DNA from: Candidatus Poribacteria bacterium
GTDB taxonomy: Bacteria > Poribacteria > WGA-4E > WGA-3G
Assembly (NCBI GenBank): GCA_965214095.1
Contig: OZ243938.1
Location: 736,001-800,000 of the forward strand
DNA: 64,000 bases
Reading direction: 5' to 3'
Shown here: piece by piece, positions 1 through 10,208 of the stretch
Position numbering within the stretch: position 1 is the stretch's first letter
Layout: the number at the start of each line of letters is the position of its first letter
The notes under the pieces: generated by a model
Seen by the model: only the letters and a program-made list of their open reading frames with translations
What the model was told of the DNA's origin: nothing
Databases searched by the model: none
Position numbers and translations under genes: made by a program

Positions 1-644
1 ATTAAGCCGGGTATGTCCGCAAGCACAAAGTTTTGTTCTTGATCAATCCGAACAACACCTAAGTTTGGGATAAGTGTAGTGAATGGATAGGATGCGATTT
101 TGGGGGTAGCAGCAGATGTACGTGCAAGTAAAGTGGATTTACCTGCATTCGGATAACCAACCAGACCGACATCAGCAATGAGTTTTACCTCAAGACTAAT
201 CTCACATTCTTCACCCGGTTCGCCTTTTTCCGCTACACGTGGAACTTGGAAAGTGCTGCTTTTGAACCGTGAATTGCCTTTACCACCTATGCCACCCCGC
301 GCTGCAATAACTGGTTGGTCAGGTTCTGTTAGGTCTGCAAGCAATTCTTCTGTGTCAAAATTTCTGATAATAGTGCCAACAGGCACCCTTATTATCTTAT
401 CATTACCATCAGCACCATCACGTTGTTTTCCACCACCGTGCGAACCGTTTTCTGCAACTTGCCGCGGGTTGTGACGCAAATCTATCAATGTGCTCATGCC
501 GAGAGTGGCGATGACGATAACGTTACCTCCGTTTCCACCATCAGCACCGTCAGGACCACCACGTGGTACATATTTTTCACGACGAAAACTTATACAACCA
601 TTGCCGCCGTTACCTGCTTTGACATATATTCTTGCTGTGTCCAT
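1..644 (-). CDS. obgE: GTPase ObgE, 5' part (runs off window start)
   Basis: Manual translation of the minus strand from ATG at 644: [37 protein letters not shown], with later [14 protein letters not shown] (G1) and [11 protein letters not shown] (G2). Confidence 0.95.
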   Translation of the reverse strand, partial: MDTARIYVKAGNGGNGCISFRREKYVPRGGPDGADGGNGGNVIVIATLGMSTLIDLRHNPRQVAENGSHGGGKQRDGADGNDKIIRVPVGTIIRNFDTEELLADLTEPDQPVIAARGGIGGKGNSRFKSSTFQVPRVAEKGEPGEECEISLEVKLIADVGLVGYPNAGKSTLLARTSAATPKIASYPFTTLIPNLGVVRIDQEQNFVLADIPGL

Positions 645-689
645 GTCCCACCCTTTCAGATAGAACGTCTATTTCACCTTGTCTTACGA

Positions 690-2306
690 TTAATCCCACC
701 TTTCCTGGTTGGTATGACCTCGGTCTGGTGGTGGGGTACTATCATATTCTCTCATGCTTACTTCTTGCATGATGTTGAATGTTTGACTATTTGGGGCGTA
801 CATCCCGTGAGTCCACCTTATGGTAACAGATATCATTAGTGCACTTGATTTAACGAACATCTGAGTGCTATACGCACTTCCACTTGCGCTACAAGGCGTA
901 TCAAACCAATCATCACGGTTGTCTTGACCAGCTGCACGATTGTCTACTACACTATCAAGCGCAGGTGGACTACCGATAAGTTCGTCGGTGCATTCACCAG
1001 CGGTTTGGCTAAAACTTTGTACCTCACCACCAGTCACGCTGAACGTAAACCCGTAGACCTCTGTAACATTTGGAGTAATAGGATCATCAACTGAAGCTGG
1101 ACCAGTCTGTGGATTAATCGGATACATGCCCAATCCGCGCGGATGTCCTTGCTCAACGTAGTTGTGAGGATAGAATATCCACACTATCCATCCGTCTACG
1201 TTTGCTGGGTCAACAGGATTGTCATCAGCATGTCCATATACTAAATGTGACAGAACATTGTCGGGAGGGTTGTGCCCACTCGGATTAGGATTGCCCGGAG
1301 TGACTCCACCATTATTATTGTTATTATTGTTATTATTGTTATTATTGTTATTATTGTTGCCACCATTGTTGGTGTCGCCATTGTTGGTGTCGCCATTGTT
1401 GCCACCATTGTTGGTGTCGCCATTGTTCCCATCATTATTGGTGTCGCCATTGTTCCCATCATTGTTGGTGTCGCCATTGTTGCCACCATTATTGGTGTCG
1501 CCGTTGTTGCCACCATTGTTGTTGTTATTATTGTTGTTGTTGTCATTTTTGGTATCGCCATTGGTCCCACCATTGTTATTATTGTTGTTGTCATTTTTGG
1601 TATCGCCATTAGTCCCACCATTATTATTATTGTTGTTGCCACCATTATTGGTATCGCCATTGTTCCCATCATTATTGGTGTCGCCGTTGTTGCCACCATT
1701 ATTGGTGTCGCCGTTGTTGCCACCATTATTGGTGTCGCCGTTGTTGCCACCATTATTGGTGTCGCCATTGTTCCCATCATTGTTGGTGTCGCCGTTGTTG
1801 CCACCATCAGTGCCACCACCATCAGTGCCACCACCATCAGTGCCACCACCATTATTAGGGGTTTGCCCACCAGGTGTTTGACCACCGCCACCTATGTTAC
1901 CAGGTGTTTGACCACCGCCACCAACATCATCACGGGGACCGCTGGCAGATTCATCATGTCCATCACCTTTCATATCATCTATCAAGTCAGTGTTATCAGA
2001 CGGTCTTTCAGCCTGCATTATCAAATGTCCTTTGTAGTAAAATAAATAAGTAGTGCTTGAAGGATGTATGTGAATGATGGGTAATAACTGATCCCCTCGT
2101 TTTGGATAAAGGGTCACACAGACTGAATCTGTTCCGTTTAATAGACAGATTTTACCGCCACCTTGATCGCTTAGATACTTGTCTAAATCACCGGGTTGCA
2201 ACATGGAACCCGTATACGGGTTGTCTGAACAACTGGTTATTCCTAAGACAACAACCAGAAGAGTACCGATTATATACATAGAAATTCGTAATCTGTCCAT
2301 TTTCAT
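690..2306 (-). CDS. Putative lipoprotein with long Gly/Asn/Asp/Thr tandem-repeat linker
   Basis: Signal peptide with lipobox-like ITSC; central GGNNGDTNN repeats; N- and C-terminal parts resemble the adjacent ORF 2321-3253. Confidence 0.8.
   Translation of the reverse strand: MKMDRLRISMYIIGTLLVVVLGITSCSDNPYTGSMLQPGDLDKYLSDQGGGKICLLNGTDSVCVTLYPKRGDQLLPIIHIHPSSTTYLFYYKGHLIMQAERPSDNTDLIDDMKGDGHDESASGPRDDVGGGGQTPGNIGGGGQTPGGQTPNNGGGTDGGGTDGGGTDGGNNGDTNNDGNNGDTNNGGNNGDTNNGGNNGDTNNGGNNGDTNNDGNNGDTNNGGNNNNNNGGTNGDTKNDNNNNNNGGTNGDTKNDNNNNNNNNNGGNNGDTNNGGNNGDTNNDGNNGDTNNDGNNGDTNNGGNNGDTNNGDTNNGGNNNNNNNNNNNNNNNNGGVTPGNPNPSGHNPPDNVLSHLVYGHADDNPVDPANVDGWIVWIFYPHNYVEQGHPRGLGMYPINPQTGPASVDDPITPNVTEVYGFTFSVTGGEVQSFSQTAGECTDELIGSPPALDSVVDNRAAGQDNRDDWFDTPCSASGSAYSTQMFVKSSALMISVTIRWTHGMYAPNSQTFNIMQEVSMREYDSTPPPDRGHTNQERWD
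1310..1925. repeat. Intragenic tandem repeats: 27-bp unit (GGNNGDTNN), 15-bp unit (GGTDG), poly-Asn (AAT/AAC)n, GGGGQTP
   Basis: Repeated ggtgtcgccattgttgccaccatt[ag]tt units and (ttattattg)n directly visible. Confidence 0.95.
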
Positions 2307-2320
2307 GCTAGTACTCCTTC

Positions 2321-3253
2321 CTAACGTTCATCGTTAGGTTGCAATTGGAAAGTATACGTATTTTCTGATGAGACTACACCATCTGCCTTGACATAGAATA
2401 TTGCTGTATGTTCATCAATTAAACCGTTCACTTCAATTGATATATCCGCATCCTCAGATTCAACAGTAAACTGGACACCTGGGATTCCATCTGGCCTATC
2501 AATTTGTTTGAAACCTGTAATTTCAAGATCGTCATCGGGATTAACACTTAATTTTTCTCCTTCACCTACTCTAATATCAAGTCCACTTGTTTCGGGTGTT
2601 GTACCACGATCTTTTTCAGGAAATCCATCTGGATAGTATATGTCAATGAGCCATTCACCTGATAAATCAGTTTCATTCTGATTTCCAGTACCACCCTCTG
2701 CTTCATTCTTTGCAGGTAATTGCACTTGACCTGAATCTACCAATTCCTGTATTAGTTCTGTGGTATCCATTACTTTTTCAGCCCGTAATATAGGACGATC
2801 TTCATAGTAAAAAATAAAGACGACACTTGCTGGATGTATATTTACAATGGGTGGTGCGTCCTGACTATCATCTTGCACAACCTTAAGACAGATTGAATCA
2901 AATCCATCTTGTAGGCAGATCGTATCTTCACCGGTAGAATTGAGATACCTATCCACACTATCCACCGTCAATACTGGTCCTGTATATGGCACATCTGAAC
3001 ATCCAATTATACATAGTAGAAAGATAGGTATGATACATGTAAACTTAAGTATATTATCAAATACTTTGGCATTCACTACAGGTATTATGTTAGAGAGTAC
3101 CATATTTTTATTCTTATTCGTCTCTTTTCCTGTCATAGCGTCTATAAACCTTTTTAAATTACCCATACAAGACACTCCTTTGTTTGTTTGCTTTACCGAT
3201 ATGCTCTTTCCACTCATCTTTTTTCCACCTTCCCGATGAGCAAGTGCGTTCAA
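2321..3253 (-). CDS. Putative lipoprotein, paralog of 690-2306 (true start probably downstream of the ORF-track start)
   Basis: Hydrophobic stretch plus IIGC lipobox; CSDVPYTG..DRYL..ICLQDGFDSICL..IHPAS..FYY matches the neighbour's CSDNPYTG..DKYL..ICLLNGTDSVCV..IHPSS..FYY. Confidence 0.75.
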   Translation of the reverse strand: MNALAHREGGKKMSGKSISVKQTNKGVSCMGNLKRFIDAMTGKETNKNKNMVLSNIIPVVNAKVFDNILKFTCIIPIFLLCIIGCSDVPYTGPVLTVDSVDRYLNSTGEDTICLQDGFDSICLKVVQDDSQDAPPIVNIHPASVVFIFYYEDRPILRAEKVMDTTELIQELVDSGQVQLPAKNEAEGGTGNQNETDLSGEWLIDIYYPDGFPEKDRGTTPETSGLDIRVGEGEKLSVNPDDDLEITGFKQIDRPDGIPGVQFTVESEDADISIEVNGLIDEHTAIFYVKADGVVSSENTYTFQLQPNDER

Positions 3254-3326
3254 TGTCTATTGGACAAATGAAGTTAGAAAAGGAAATTATTCCTAAGTTA
3301 TATCCATATAACGATTAATTCCGACT

Positions 3327-3515
3327 TCAGTTGACTATATCACCATGTGGAAATTCGTATTTGCATGAAGGACACTTATGATAGTGTTCACGCATGACAA
3401 ATCCACAATGTGGACATACACGTTTTGCTCGTAGTTGAGTCATGATACGAGATATGATAATCACACCAACAAGAAGGATTATAAGGAAGGCTACCTCCCA
3501 TATTCCTATCTGCAT
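3327..3515 (-). CDS. Small membrane protein with C-terminal zinc ribbon
   Basis: N-terminal TM helix (IGIWEVAFLIILLVGVIII), CPHC...CPSC. Confidence 0.65.
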   Translation of the reverse strand: MQIGIWEVAFLIILLVGVIIISRIMTQLRAKRVCPHCGFVMREHYHKCPSCKYEFPHGDIVN

Positions 3516-3563
3516 ATCATTCCCAAAGATAAGGACATTCCTACGGTAAAGAGACGAGAATAA

Positions 3564-4409
3564 CTATGTTTCATTAATCAAACCACGTAGGGTTGTCAGG
3601 TTTTTACCATGCATGATATTCATTTTCGGTGTTTCTATAATCAGGGGAATTTGGGCAAAACGATAATCATTTAGTATATATGTAAATGCTGTTGTTCCAA
3701 TATTTCCTTCACCAATGTGTTCGTGCCTATCCACACGACTTTGATATGCCGACTTTGCGTCGTTTATATGGAATGCCTTTAATCGTGCCAAGCCAATTAT
3801 TTCATCGAACTTCTCAAATGTCGAATTACAATCAGATTCGGTACGTAGATCATATCCCGCTGCAAATACATGACAGGTATCCAGACACACTCCAAATCGA
3901 GCAGAGTGCTTTGACATACCAATCACATCACGTAAATGTTCAAAACGATACCCCAAGTTCGTTCCTTGTCCAGCAGTTGTTTCAAGTAGAATTTCAACAT
4001 CAGGTGCATCTGAAGTTTCAAAAATCTGATCAAAACTATCACATAACTGTTTTATTCCGAATGCTTCCCCTTCCCCGAGATGTGCACCCAAATGGGTGAC
4101 GATATGTTGAACTCCAGTAACTTGTGAAAGTTCCATCATTCTCTTAAACTGTAGACGCGATTTCCCTAAAACATCTTTTTTTGGAGATGCAAGATTACTT
4201 AGATGGATATCGTGCACAATCACATCCTGAATTGGTGATTTTTTCCAGGCATCAGAGAATTTCTCTATAACTTCCTCAGTTGGTGGTTTGGACTCCCACC
4301 GGTTTGGATTGGCAAGAAAAATTTGGATTGCTTCACATTGAAGTTTATCACCATTTTCAATTGCGTTATGTATACCACCTGCTGTAGATACATGTGCACC
4401 GAGAACCAT
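3564..4409 (-). CDS. nfo: Endonuclease IV (alternative start 4454)
   Basis: LGAHVS.AGG, LLETTAGQG, GVCLDTCH.FAAGYD, HINDAK, DRHEHIGEG, IIETP motifs. Confidence 0.95.
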   Translation of the reverse strand: MVLGAHVSTAGGIHNAIENGDKLQCEAIQIFLANPNRWESKPPTEEVIEKFSDAWKKSPIQDVIVHDIHLSNLASPKKDVLGKSRLQFKRMMELSQVTGVQHIVTHLGAHLGEGEAFGIKQLCDSFDQIFETSDAPDVEILLETTAGQGTNLGYRFEHLRDVIGMSKHSARFGVCLDTCHVFAAGYDLRTESDCNSTFEKFDEIIGLARLKAFHINDAKSAYQSRVDRHEHIGEGNIGTTAFTYILNDYRFAQIPLIIETPKMNIMHGKNLTTLRGLINET

Positions 4410-5119
4410 ATCAACTAAGCAATTTTGAAAAAATACTCTTCCAAAATCCGCCATCTCCTAATTTTCTTTGTGTTTAACATTAGTGTTACAATGTAAGATC
4501 GAAACATTGTCTATGCTAGAATGCATAAGTGTATTGGCATGTCAGTTATTACAATATCTTTCTCTATAATGCCAAGACTCACAACAATAAAAAGGTTTAG
4601 ACAGGATCTTACGTCTAAATTTTAACTAAAAATTTTAATACATGTTACCTATATTTAGGACGTTAAGAATGAGTTAGCGGTTACAGTACCTGAACTAATT
4701 GTCTGGCTTTCGATTCAGTTCGCGGGGAATGTGTTTGAACGATTGAAACTATTCTCCAGAAATACACGAACAAGAGAGGTGCAGATTTATGGTAGGACTA
4801 AAATTGTTAAACTGTTCGACCTCCTATAATTGATTTTGATAGTTCAAATATGTGACAATTCATTTTATCATCCTCTGAAAGAGCCAATTCTAATTGTAAT
4901 TTATTTTGATGAAAAGTCAAATTAAAAGTGTGAAAAAACCTCAATTAATGCTGAAAATATAGGATTCAGAGCAATTTTGTGCAAAAAACTATTAGTTTTA
5001 TTAAGACGTTAACACACATAAGTATATCAGTTATAATATAAATGTCCTAATACGGTTTATCAAAGTTCTTAAATTAACCTGATAATTTATAGGACACTCA
5101 ATTTGGAACAGAAGTCTCG

Positions 5120-6136
5120 TCAGGCACACAAAACCGTTTTGACACCGCGATGGGTAATAGCATTGTCAAATGCTTCTAATCCTTGAACCAAAGGAAATGT
5201 ATCAGTCAAGAGAGGTGTAAAGTTGAAAGTCTTTTGAAGAATATGTTGGCGGGATTCTTCCAGACTAGCACGTGAAAATGCCCACGATGCCATCAATTTG
5301 TGTCCGGTATAATGGAATTCCTCCAAATTAATATGGAGAGTCTCACCTTCGGGGGATAGGCCAAAAAAATTAATACATCCACCTTTTCTAACAAGGTTAA
5401 AAGCAGTGGATATCACAGAGGCATTATTTGTTGTTGAGGAAACAACTGTATCAACCCCTCCACCTGTGATTTCTTTCAAATTGTTGATATCTTCTTGTGT
5501 AATAGCAAAACATTCATCTGCACCAACAGTTTCTGCTGCAAATCTGCGATGGGGTAATGGTTCAAACACATAAACAGATAAACCTTTACGTTTCAACAAC
5601 TGGGTAAAAATCAGTCCGATAGGGCCTGCACCAAGAATCGCAACAGTGTTATTGAAAAGAGTTTCATGCATTGCATTCAGACAGCAACCCAACGGTTCAA
5701 GGAACAGCAATTCTTCTGGCGGGATAGTATCAGGAACACGGATGAGTTTATCTGTATCTACACCGTGTTTCGGCATTCTGATGTATTCTGCATAACCACC
5801 GTCAATATCGTGACCGATTCCTTCAATAGAATCACAGTATTTGTCTCTGTCATTGATGCAGTTGTAACACTTTCCACAGGAAAGCATTGGATTTACCGTA
5901 ACACGTTCGCCAATCTTTACATCTTGATGCCGACTTTCAACTACAATACCTGCCAGTTCATGCCCCATTACAACAGGAGGTGAATAGTCCGATACATCTC
6001 CTCGTAATGCTGCAAGGTCGGATGCACAGATGCCACACAACTCCAGCTGTATAAGGACATCACCAGAATTGAGTTTTGGGATCGGGATATCTTGTAGACG
6101 CAACTGTCTTGTCTTATCAAATACGATTGCTTGCAT
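5120..6136 (-). CDS. Zinc-dependent medium-chain alcohol/sugar dehydrogenase
   Basis: CGICASD, GHELAG, CGKCYNC...C, GAGPIG. Confidence 0.9.
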   Translation of the reverse strand: MQAIVFDKTRQLRLQDIPIPKLNSGDVLIQLELCGICASDLAALRGDVSDYSPPVVMGHELAGIVVESRHQDVKIGERVTVNPMLSCGKCYNCINDRDKYCDSIEGIGHDIDGGYAEYIRMPKHGVDTDKLIRVPDTIPPEELLFLEPLGCCLNAMHETLFNNTVAILGAGPIGLIFTQLLKRKGLSVYVFEPLPHRRFAAETVGADECFAITQEDINNLKEITGGGVDTVVSSTTNNASVISTAFNLVRKGGCINFFGLSPEGETLHINLEEFHYTGHKLMASWAFSRASLEESRQHILQKTFNFTPLLTDTFPLVQGLEAFDNAITHRGVKTVLCA

Positions 6137-6161
6137 TCTTGATATAGGGTAGGTATAAAAG

Positions 6162-6197
6162 GTAGTTTGAGCGAAGCGGAAACTCCGCTCAAACTAC
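6162..6197. terminator. Intergenic hairpin (terminator or GTAG-REP-like)
   Basis: gtagtttgagcg...cgctcaaactac 12-bp inverted repeat. Confidence 0.5.
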
Positions 6198-6215
6198 AAA
6201 GGTTTGCTTTATTTC

Positions 6216-7244
6216 TTATTCAAACTCATAAGGCACTGTTTCAGACTGGTGTGTCTTCGCAGATTTTTCTGCCAAATCCATGACAGCAATAACGCGGCGA
6301 GCAGACTCAGGTGTGACAAGTAATGGTGTGCCATCGTTCAAATGTGAAACAATATTTTCATAATATCTGGGACCGGGTCTTCCATGATGACCGACCTTCT
6401 GTTCCTTCGGATGTCCTTCAACTTCGGATAGAACATGGTATTGTCCACCTTCAGAAACAATAGATCCGTGTGACCCCAGCATTTTCCATTTCGGTCCACC
6501 AACCTTCGCAATGTTAGACATCTGAATATTTGCTGATGCACCATCCGTTACAAATTCACCTTCACCAAATCGTATCACAGCCTGCACGTGATCTTCATTT
6601 GTAATGTCTTTCCAAACAAGATTCGGTTGGAAAAATCCAGTGACGTTAATCATTGGACCATCTATAATGTTGAGTAGCCAATCAAGGAAGTGTGCTCCCC
6701 AATCATAGAATTGTCCACCTGAAACAGCTTTCACACTGCGCCACCAATTTGGATTTGGTCTACCGTAACCACCACTCCACATCTCTGCACAATAGACTTT
6801 TCCAATTACACCTGATTGAACAAGTTCGCGTAGTGTCCAAAAATCTGCATCCCACCTGCGGTTGTGGTGAACTGATAGCATTACATCGTTTTCTTTAGCC
6901 GCAGTAATCATTTCTGTGGCTTCAGCAATTGTGATGCACATCGGTTTTTCAACAACGACGTGTTTTCCAGCATTGTGTGCTGCGACAGTCGGTTCGCAGT
7001 GAAGACTGTGTGGAAGCACATTCGCAACGAGATCAACATCTTCGTCTGCTACGAGGTCTTCAACTTTGTTATAGGTGCGGATATCAGGAAAATCCTGTTT
7101 CGCTGCTTTCGTTCGTTCTGGGTCAATGTCGCACACTGCAACGCATGTGATACCCTCCGTACCCATCATCATATTTGCGTGTGCTTTCCCCATATTAAAC
7201 GCAGCACCATATCCGAGAACAGCACCTTTAATAATATCTGCCAT
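6216..7244 (-). CDS. Gfo/Idh/MocA family oxidoreductase
   Basis: GYGAAF Rossmann start, GKHVVVEKPM, HNRRWD, GGQFYDWGAH. Confidence 0.9.
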   Translation of the reverse strand: MADIIKGAVLGYGAAFNMGKAHANMMMGTEGITCVAVCDIDPERTKAAKQDFPDIRTYNKVEDLVADEDVDLVANVLPHSLHCEPTVAAHNAGKHVVVEKPMCITIAEATEMITAAKENDVMLSVHHNRRWDADFWTLRELVQSGVIGKVYCAEMWSGGYGRPNPNWWRSVKAVSGGQFYDWGAHFLDWLLNIIDGPMINVTGFFQPNLVWKDITNEDHVQAVIRFGEGEFVTDGASANIQMSNIAKVGGPKWKMLGSHGSIVSEGGQYHVLSEVEGHPKEQKVGHHGRPGPRYYENIVSHLNDGTPLLVTPESARRVIAVMDLAEKSAKTHQSETVPYEFE

Positions 7245-7417
7245 TAGTATGTCTTGGCTCCTTAAGTGTATAGGGGTGTCAACCCCGATTTCTTTAATGT
7301 ATGGTTTAGTATAGCATGTATGAAAAAGCGAGTCAAAAATAAAATCAATTACCTTGGGTTATTTAGTTGACTCAGGATCACATTCAATGCTACAATTTAC
7401 CACAAGGAAAATAAACT

Positions 7418-8308
7418 ATGCAAACATCACACAAATATCTCGACCCAGTAGCTCTCTCCAGAATCGGTGGCATGGAACTCGTTGCGCGCCTCGTTGTAGA
7501 AGGTTTCGTCACCGGTCTACACAAAAGTCCATATCAAGGCTTCAGCGTTGAATTTGCCGAACACCGTCAGTATATGCCGGGAGATGAAATCCGTTATATT
7601 GATTGGAAAGTTTTCGGTAAGTCCGACAGGTATTATGTCAAAAAGTTTGAAGAAGAAACCAACCTGAGAGCATATATCCTATTAGACACAAGTGCATCAA
7701 TGAATTACAAACACAGTGATAACACATTGACGAAGTTTGAATACGGATGTTATCTCGCAGCAACACTCACATATCTGATGCTAAAACAACGGGATTCAGT
7801 CGGATTAGCACTATTTGATACAGATATTCATCAATACATTCCACCAAGAGGGGCTGCAACACACCTACGTGCAATTATGTCCGCATTAGAGAATGCAACT
7901 CCTGGTGAAGAAACTGAATTGAGCAGCCTTTTCCACGAACTCGCGAAACGAATCGTCCGACGGGGTTTGGTTATCGTTATATCAGATCTACTTGACGAAC
8001 CTTCAAACGTCATCTCCGCACTCAAACATCTCAGACATCAAAAACATGAGGTGATCGTACTTCACCTTCTTGACCATGCTGAAATGACTTTCCCATACAA
8101 CGGTTCAGTCATTTTTCGTGATATGGAAACCGGACAAACACTCTCTACACAGGCTGATTCACTAAAAGCAGCATATCTTGATAATCTTAATCAGTTTATA
8201 CAAAACTATCGTCGCGGTTGTGGTGCAAGCCAGATTGACTATGTGCAAATGGACACTACGACCCCCTTTGACCACGCACTCTCTGCTTATCTATCCAGAC
8301 GAAAATAG
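7418..8308 (+). CDS. DUF58 domain protein (MoxR/VWA-system associated)
   Basis: GLHKSPYQGFSVEFAEHRQY.PGD.IRYIDWK, EEETN, LLDTSASM. Confidence 0.92.
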   Translation: MQTSHKYLDPVALSRIGGMELVARLVVEGFVTGLHKSPYQGFSVEFAEHRQYMPGDEIRYIDWKVFGKSDRYYVKKFEEETNLRAYILLDTSASMNYKHSDNTLTKFEYGCYLAATLTYLMLKQRDSVGLALFDTDIHQYIPPRGAATHLRAIMSALENATPGEETELSSLFHELAKRIVRRGLVIVISDLLDEPSNVISALKHLRHQKHEVIVLHLLDHAEMTFPYNGSVIFRDMETGQTLSTQADSLKAAYLDNLNQFIQNYRRGCGASQIDYVQMDTTTPFDHALSAYLSRRK

Positions 8309-8435
8309 GTGTCCTGTTTCATCCTTCAAACAACTGACGACATGTAAACCTAAAATCACTCTTGACGTTTACTCCTAAACTTATAGTTGAACACATAGTG
8401 TATAAAACTATCATATACAATAATAGGAGTAAAAA

Positions 8436-9017
8436 ATGAGACCGATACTAAGTTTACTATTTATCGCAACGTTATTTGCTTTCGGTTGCGGCGAAGACAT
8501 AGAAGAAGATAAGGTTGTTGATGAAGAAATGGTTACTGAAGAAGAAATGGTTGTTGAACCACCTACATCTTTGGAAAAAGCGCAAGAGGATATGGAAGGT
8601 GTAAGAGATAGAAGGTTTGAAGTTTACGAAGAAGCAGAGAAGTCAGGTGATTTTTCTGTGTTATTTACAGCTGCTGATGAAATCTTCCAAGAAGAACTCG
8701 ACTTTGAAAAGGAATTCTGGCAAGATTTAGTCAATATCTGGGAAAATATACAGATGGCAAAATTCCAAGCGGGTGAACTTGACGAAGATGTCGCAAATAG
8801 ATATATAGATTTCTTTAACACACATACTGAGAAATTTCTTGATAGAACCCTCGCAAAGGACTATTTTGATTTTGTTGCAGCTTATGACAATATCATCATA
8901 GAGTATCTACGACTCTCTTATGAATTTCCTGATAGTAGTAAAGATGAACTCATAGAACAATTCAAGGAATCCGTTCAAGAAACAGATATAGAAATACTTT
9001 ATCCAGAAGGTTTTTGA
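8436..9017 (+). CDS. Acidic hypothetical lipoprotein
   Basis: AGGAG RBS, signal peptide with FAFGC lipobox, Glu/Asp-rich. Confidence 0.75.
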   Translation: MRPILSLLFIATLFAFGCGEDIEEDKVVDEEMVTEEEMVVEPPTSLEKAQEDMEGVRDRRFEVYEEAEKSGDFSVLFTAADEIFQEELDFEKEFWQDLVNIWENIQMAKFQAGELDEDVANRYIDFFNTHTEKFLDRTLAKDYFDFVAAYDNIIIEYLRLSYEFPDSSKDELIEQFKESVQETDIEILYPEGF

Positions 9018-9055
9018 CATATAGACATGTCATCCTTTCCACAAGGAAGTAGCCT

Positions 9056-10207
9056 ATGAAAACATACCGGATAGCAATATTGGGTTGTAGAGGAAGGGGA
9101 ACTGCTGCAGCACGAGCATATCATGCACACCCACGAACACAGATAGTCGGACTCTGCGATCTAATTTCGGAAAGATACAACACATTAGGCGAAGAACTCA
9201 ACGTCTCAGCACGTTTTACTGACCTTGATGAGATGATTGAGCAGACCTCACCAGACATCGTAGCGATTCCTACAGCAACTGAGTTACACTACGATTTATG
9301 TATGCGTGTTTTAGAACACGGTGTCAACATTGAAGTTGAAAAGCCGATGTGTGTTGATCTCAATCAAGCAGATGAAATAATTGCGAAAGCAGAAGAAAAA
9401 GGCGTTCAGGTTGCTGTGCATCATCAAGGCAGAGTTGGCGCGTCAATGCAAGCAATTGCCCGCGCATACAATGCCGGAAAGATCGGCAATTTACGATATA
9501 TTTACGGTAGTGGTAAAGGCTATTACGGTGGGTATGGCTTGATGAATATCGGCACACACATGCTCAACAACATGCTTCATTTTGGAAAACGTTGTAATAG
9601 TGTTGTCGCACATCTCACGACAGGTGGAAAATCGATTACACCCGAGGACGTTGCCCCATCGCCAAGCGGTATGGGAACTATCGCAGGTGAATTCATCACC
9701 GCAACAATGCAATATGAAGGCAATGTTACTGGAACATTATTACAGCACCGTTTTGATAAAATGGATACGAATGCCTACACAATGGAACTTTTTGGCACTG
9801 AAGGAAGACTATTCTGGAGAATGGGTGGTGCATATTATTTACCAACACCACACTATCTGCCTGATGGCAACAATGACAAATGGGAATCGTTAGAATTAAT
9901 GTTTCCCGAACATTACAATCCGAACAGCAGTGCGTCTGAAATGGATTACTGGTTTGTTGAGGATTATGTTAATGCTTTGGATGAAGGTAGGCCGCATGTG
10001 TGTAGTGGTCATGAGGGAAGACACGTCATTGAAATGATGATGGGTATTTTTGAATCAGCTGCTTACGGTAAGCGGGTAACTTTACCGCAGACTGATCGTA
10101 CACATCCGTTACTACGGTGGCGTGCGGAAAATGGATTAAATCCGCCTGAAGATATGCCGCGTGGATACGGTGAATGGTTAACGCAGGAAATCAAACGGAT
10201 CAGTTAA
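9056..10207 (+). CDS. Gfo/Idh/MocA family oxidoreductase
   Basis: AILGCRGRG, VEKPM, GLMNIGTH. Confidence 0.9.
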   Translation: MKTYRIAILGCRGRGTAAARAYHAHPRTQIVGLCDLISERYNTLGEELNVSARFTDLDEMIEQTSPDIVAIPTATELHYDLCMRVLEHGVNIEVEKPMCVDLNQADEIIAKAEEKGVQVAVHHQGRVGASMQAIARAYNAGKIGNLRYIYGSGKGYYGGYGLMNIGTHMLNNMLHFGKRCNSVVAHLTTGGKSITPEDVAPSPSGMGTIAGEFITATMQYEGNVTGTLLQHRFDKMDTNAYTMELFGTEGRLFWRMGGAYYLPTPHYLPDGNNDKWESLELMFPEHYNPNSSASEMDYWFVEDYVNALDEGRPHVCSGHEGRHVIEMMMGIFESAAYGKRVTLPQTDRTHPLLRWRAENGLNPPEDMPRGYGEWLTQEIKRIS

Positions 10208-10208
10208 C

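Noticed and set aside
178-839. Plus-strand ORFs 178-474 and 423-839
   Set aside because: Shadow ORFs antisense to obgE and the lipoprotein gene.
1310-1860. Tandem repeats as a CRISPR array
   Set aside because: No unique spacers; the units are codon-phased and lie within a CDS; no cas genes.
1219-2045. Long Leu/Pro-, Ile/Val- and Met/Thr-rich ORFs in alternative frames
   Set aside because: Artefacts of the stop-free tandem repeat inside the 690-2306 lipoprotein gene; no RBS or domain signal.
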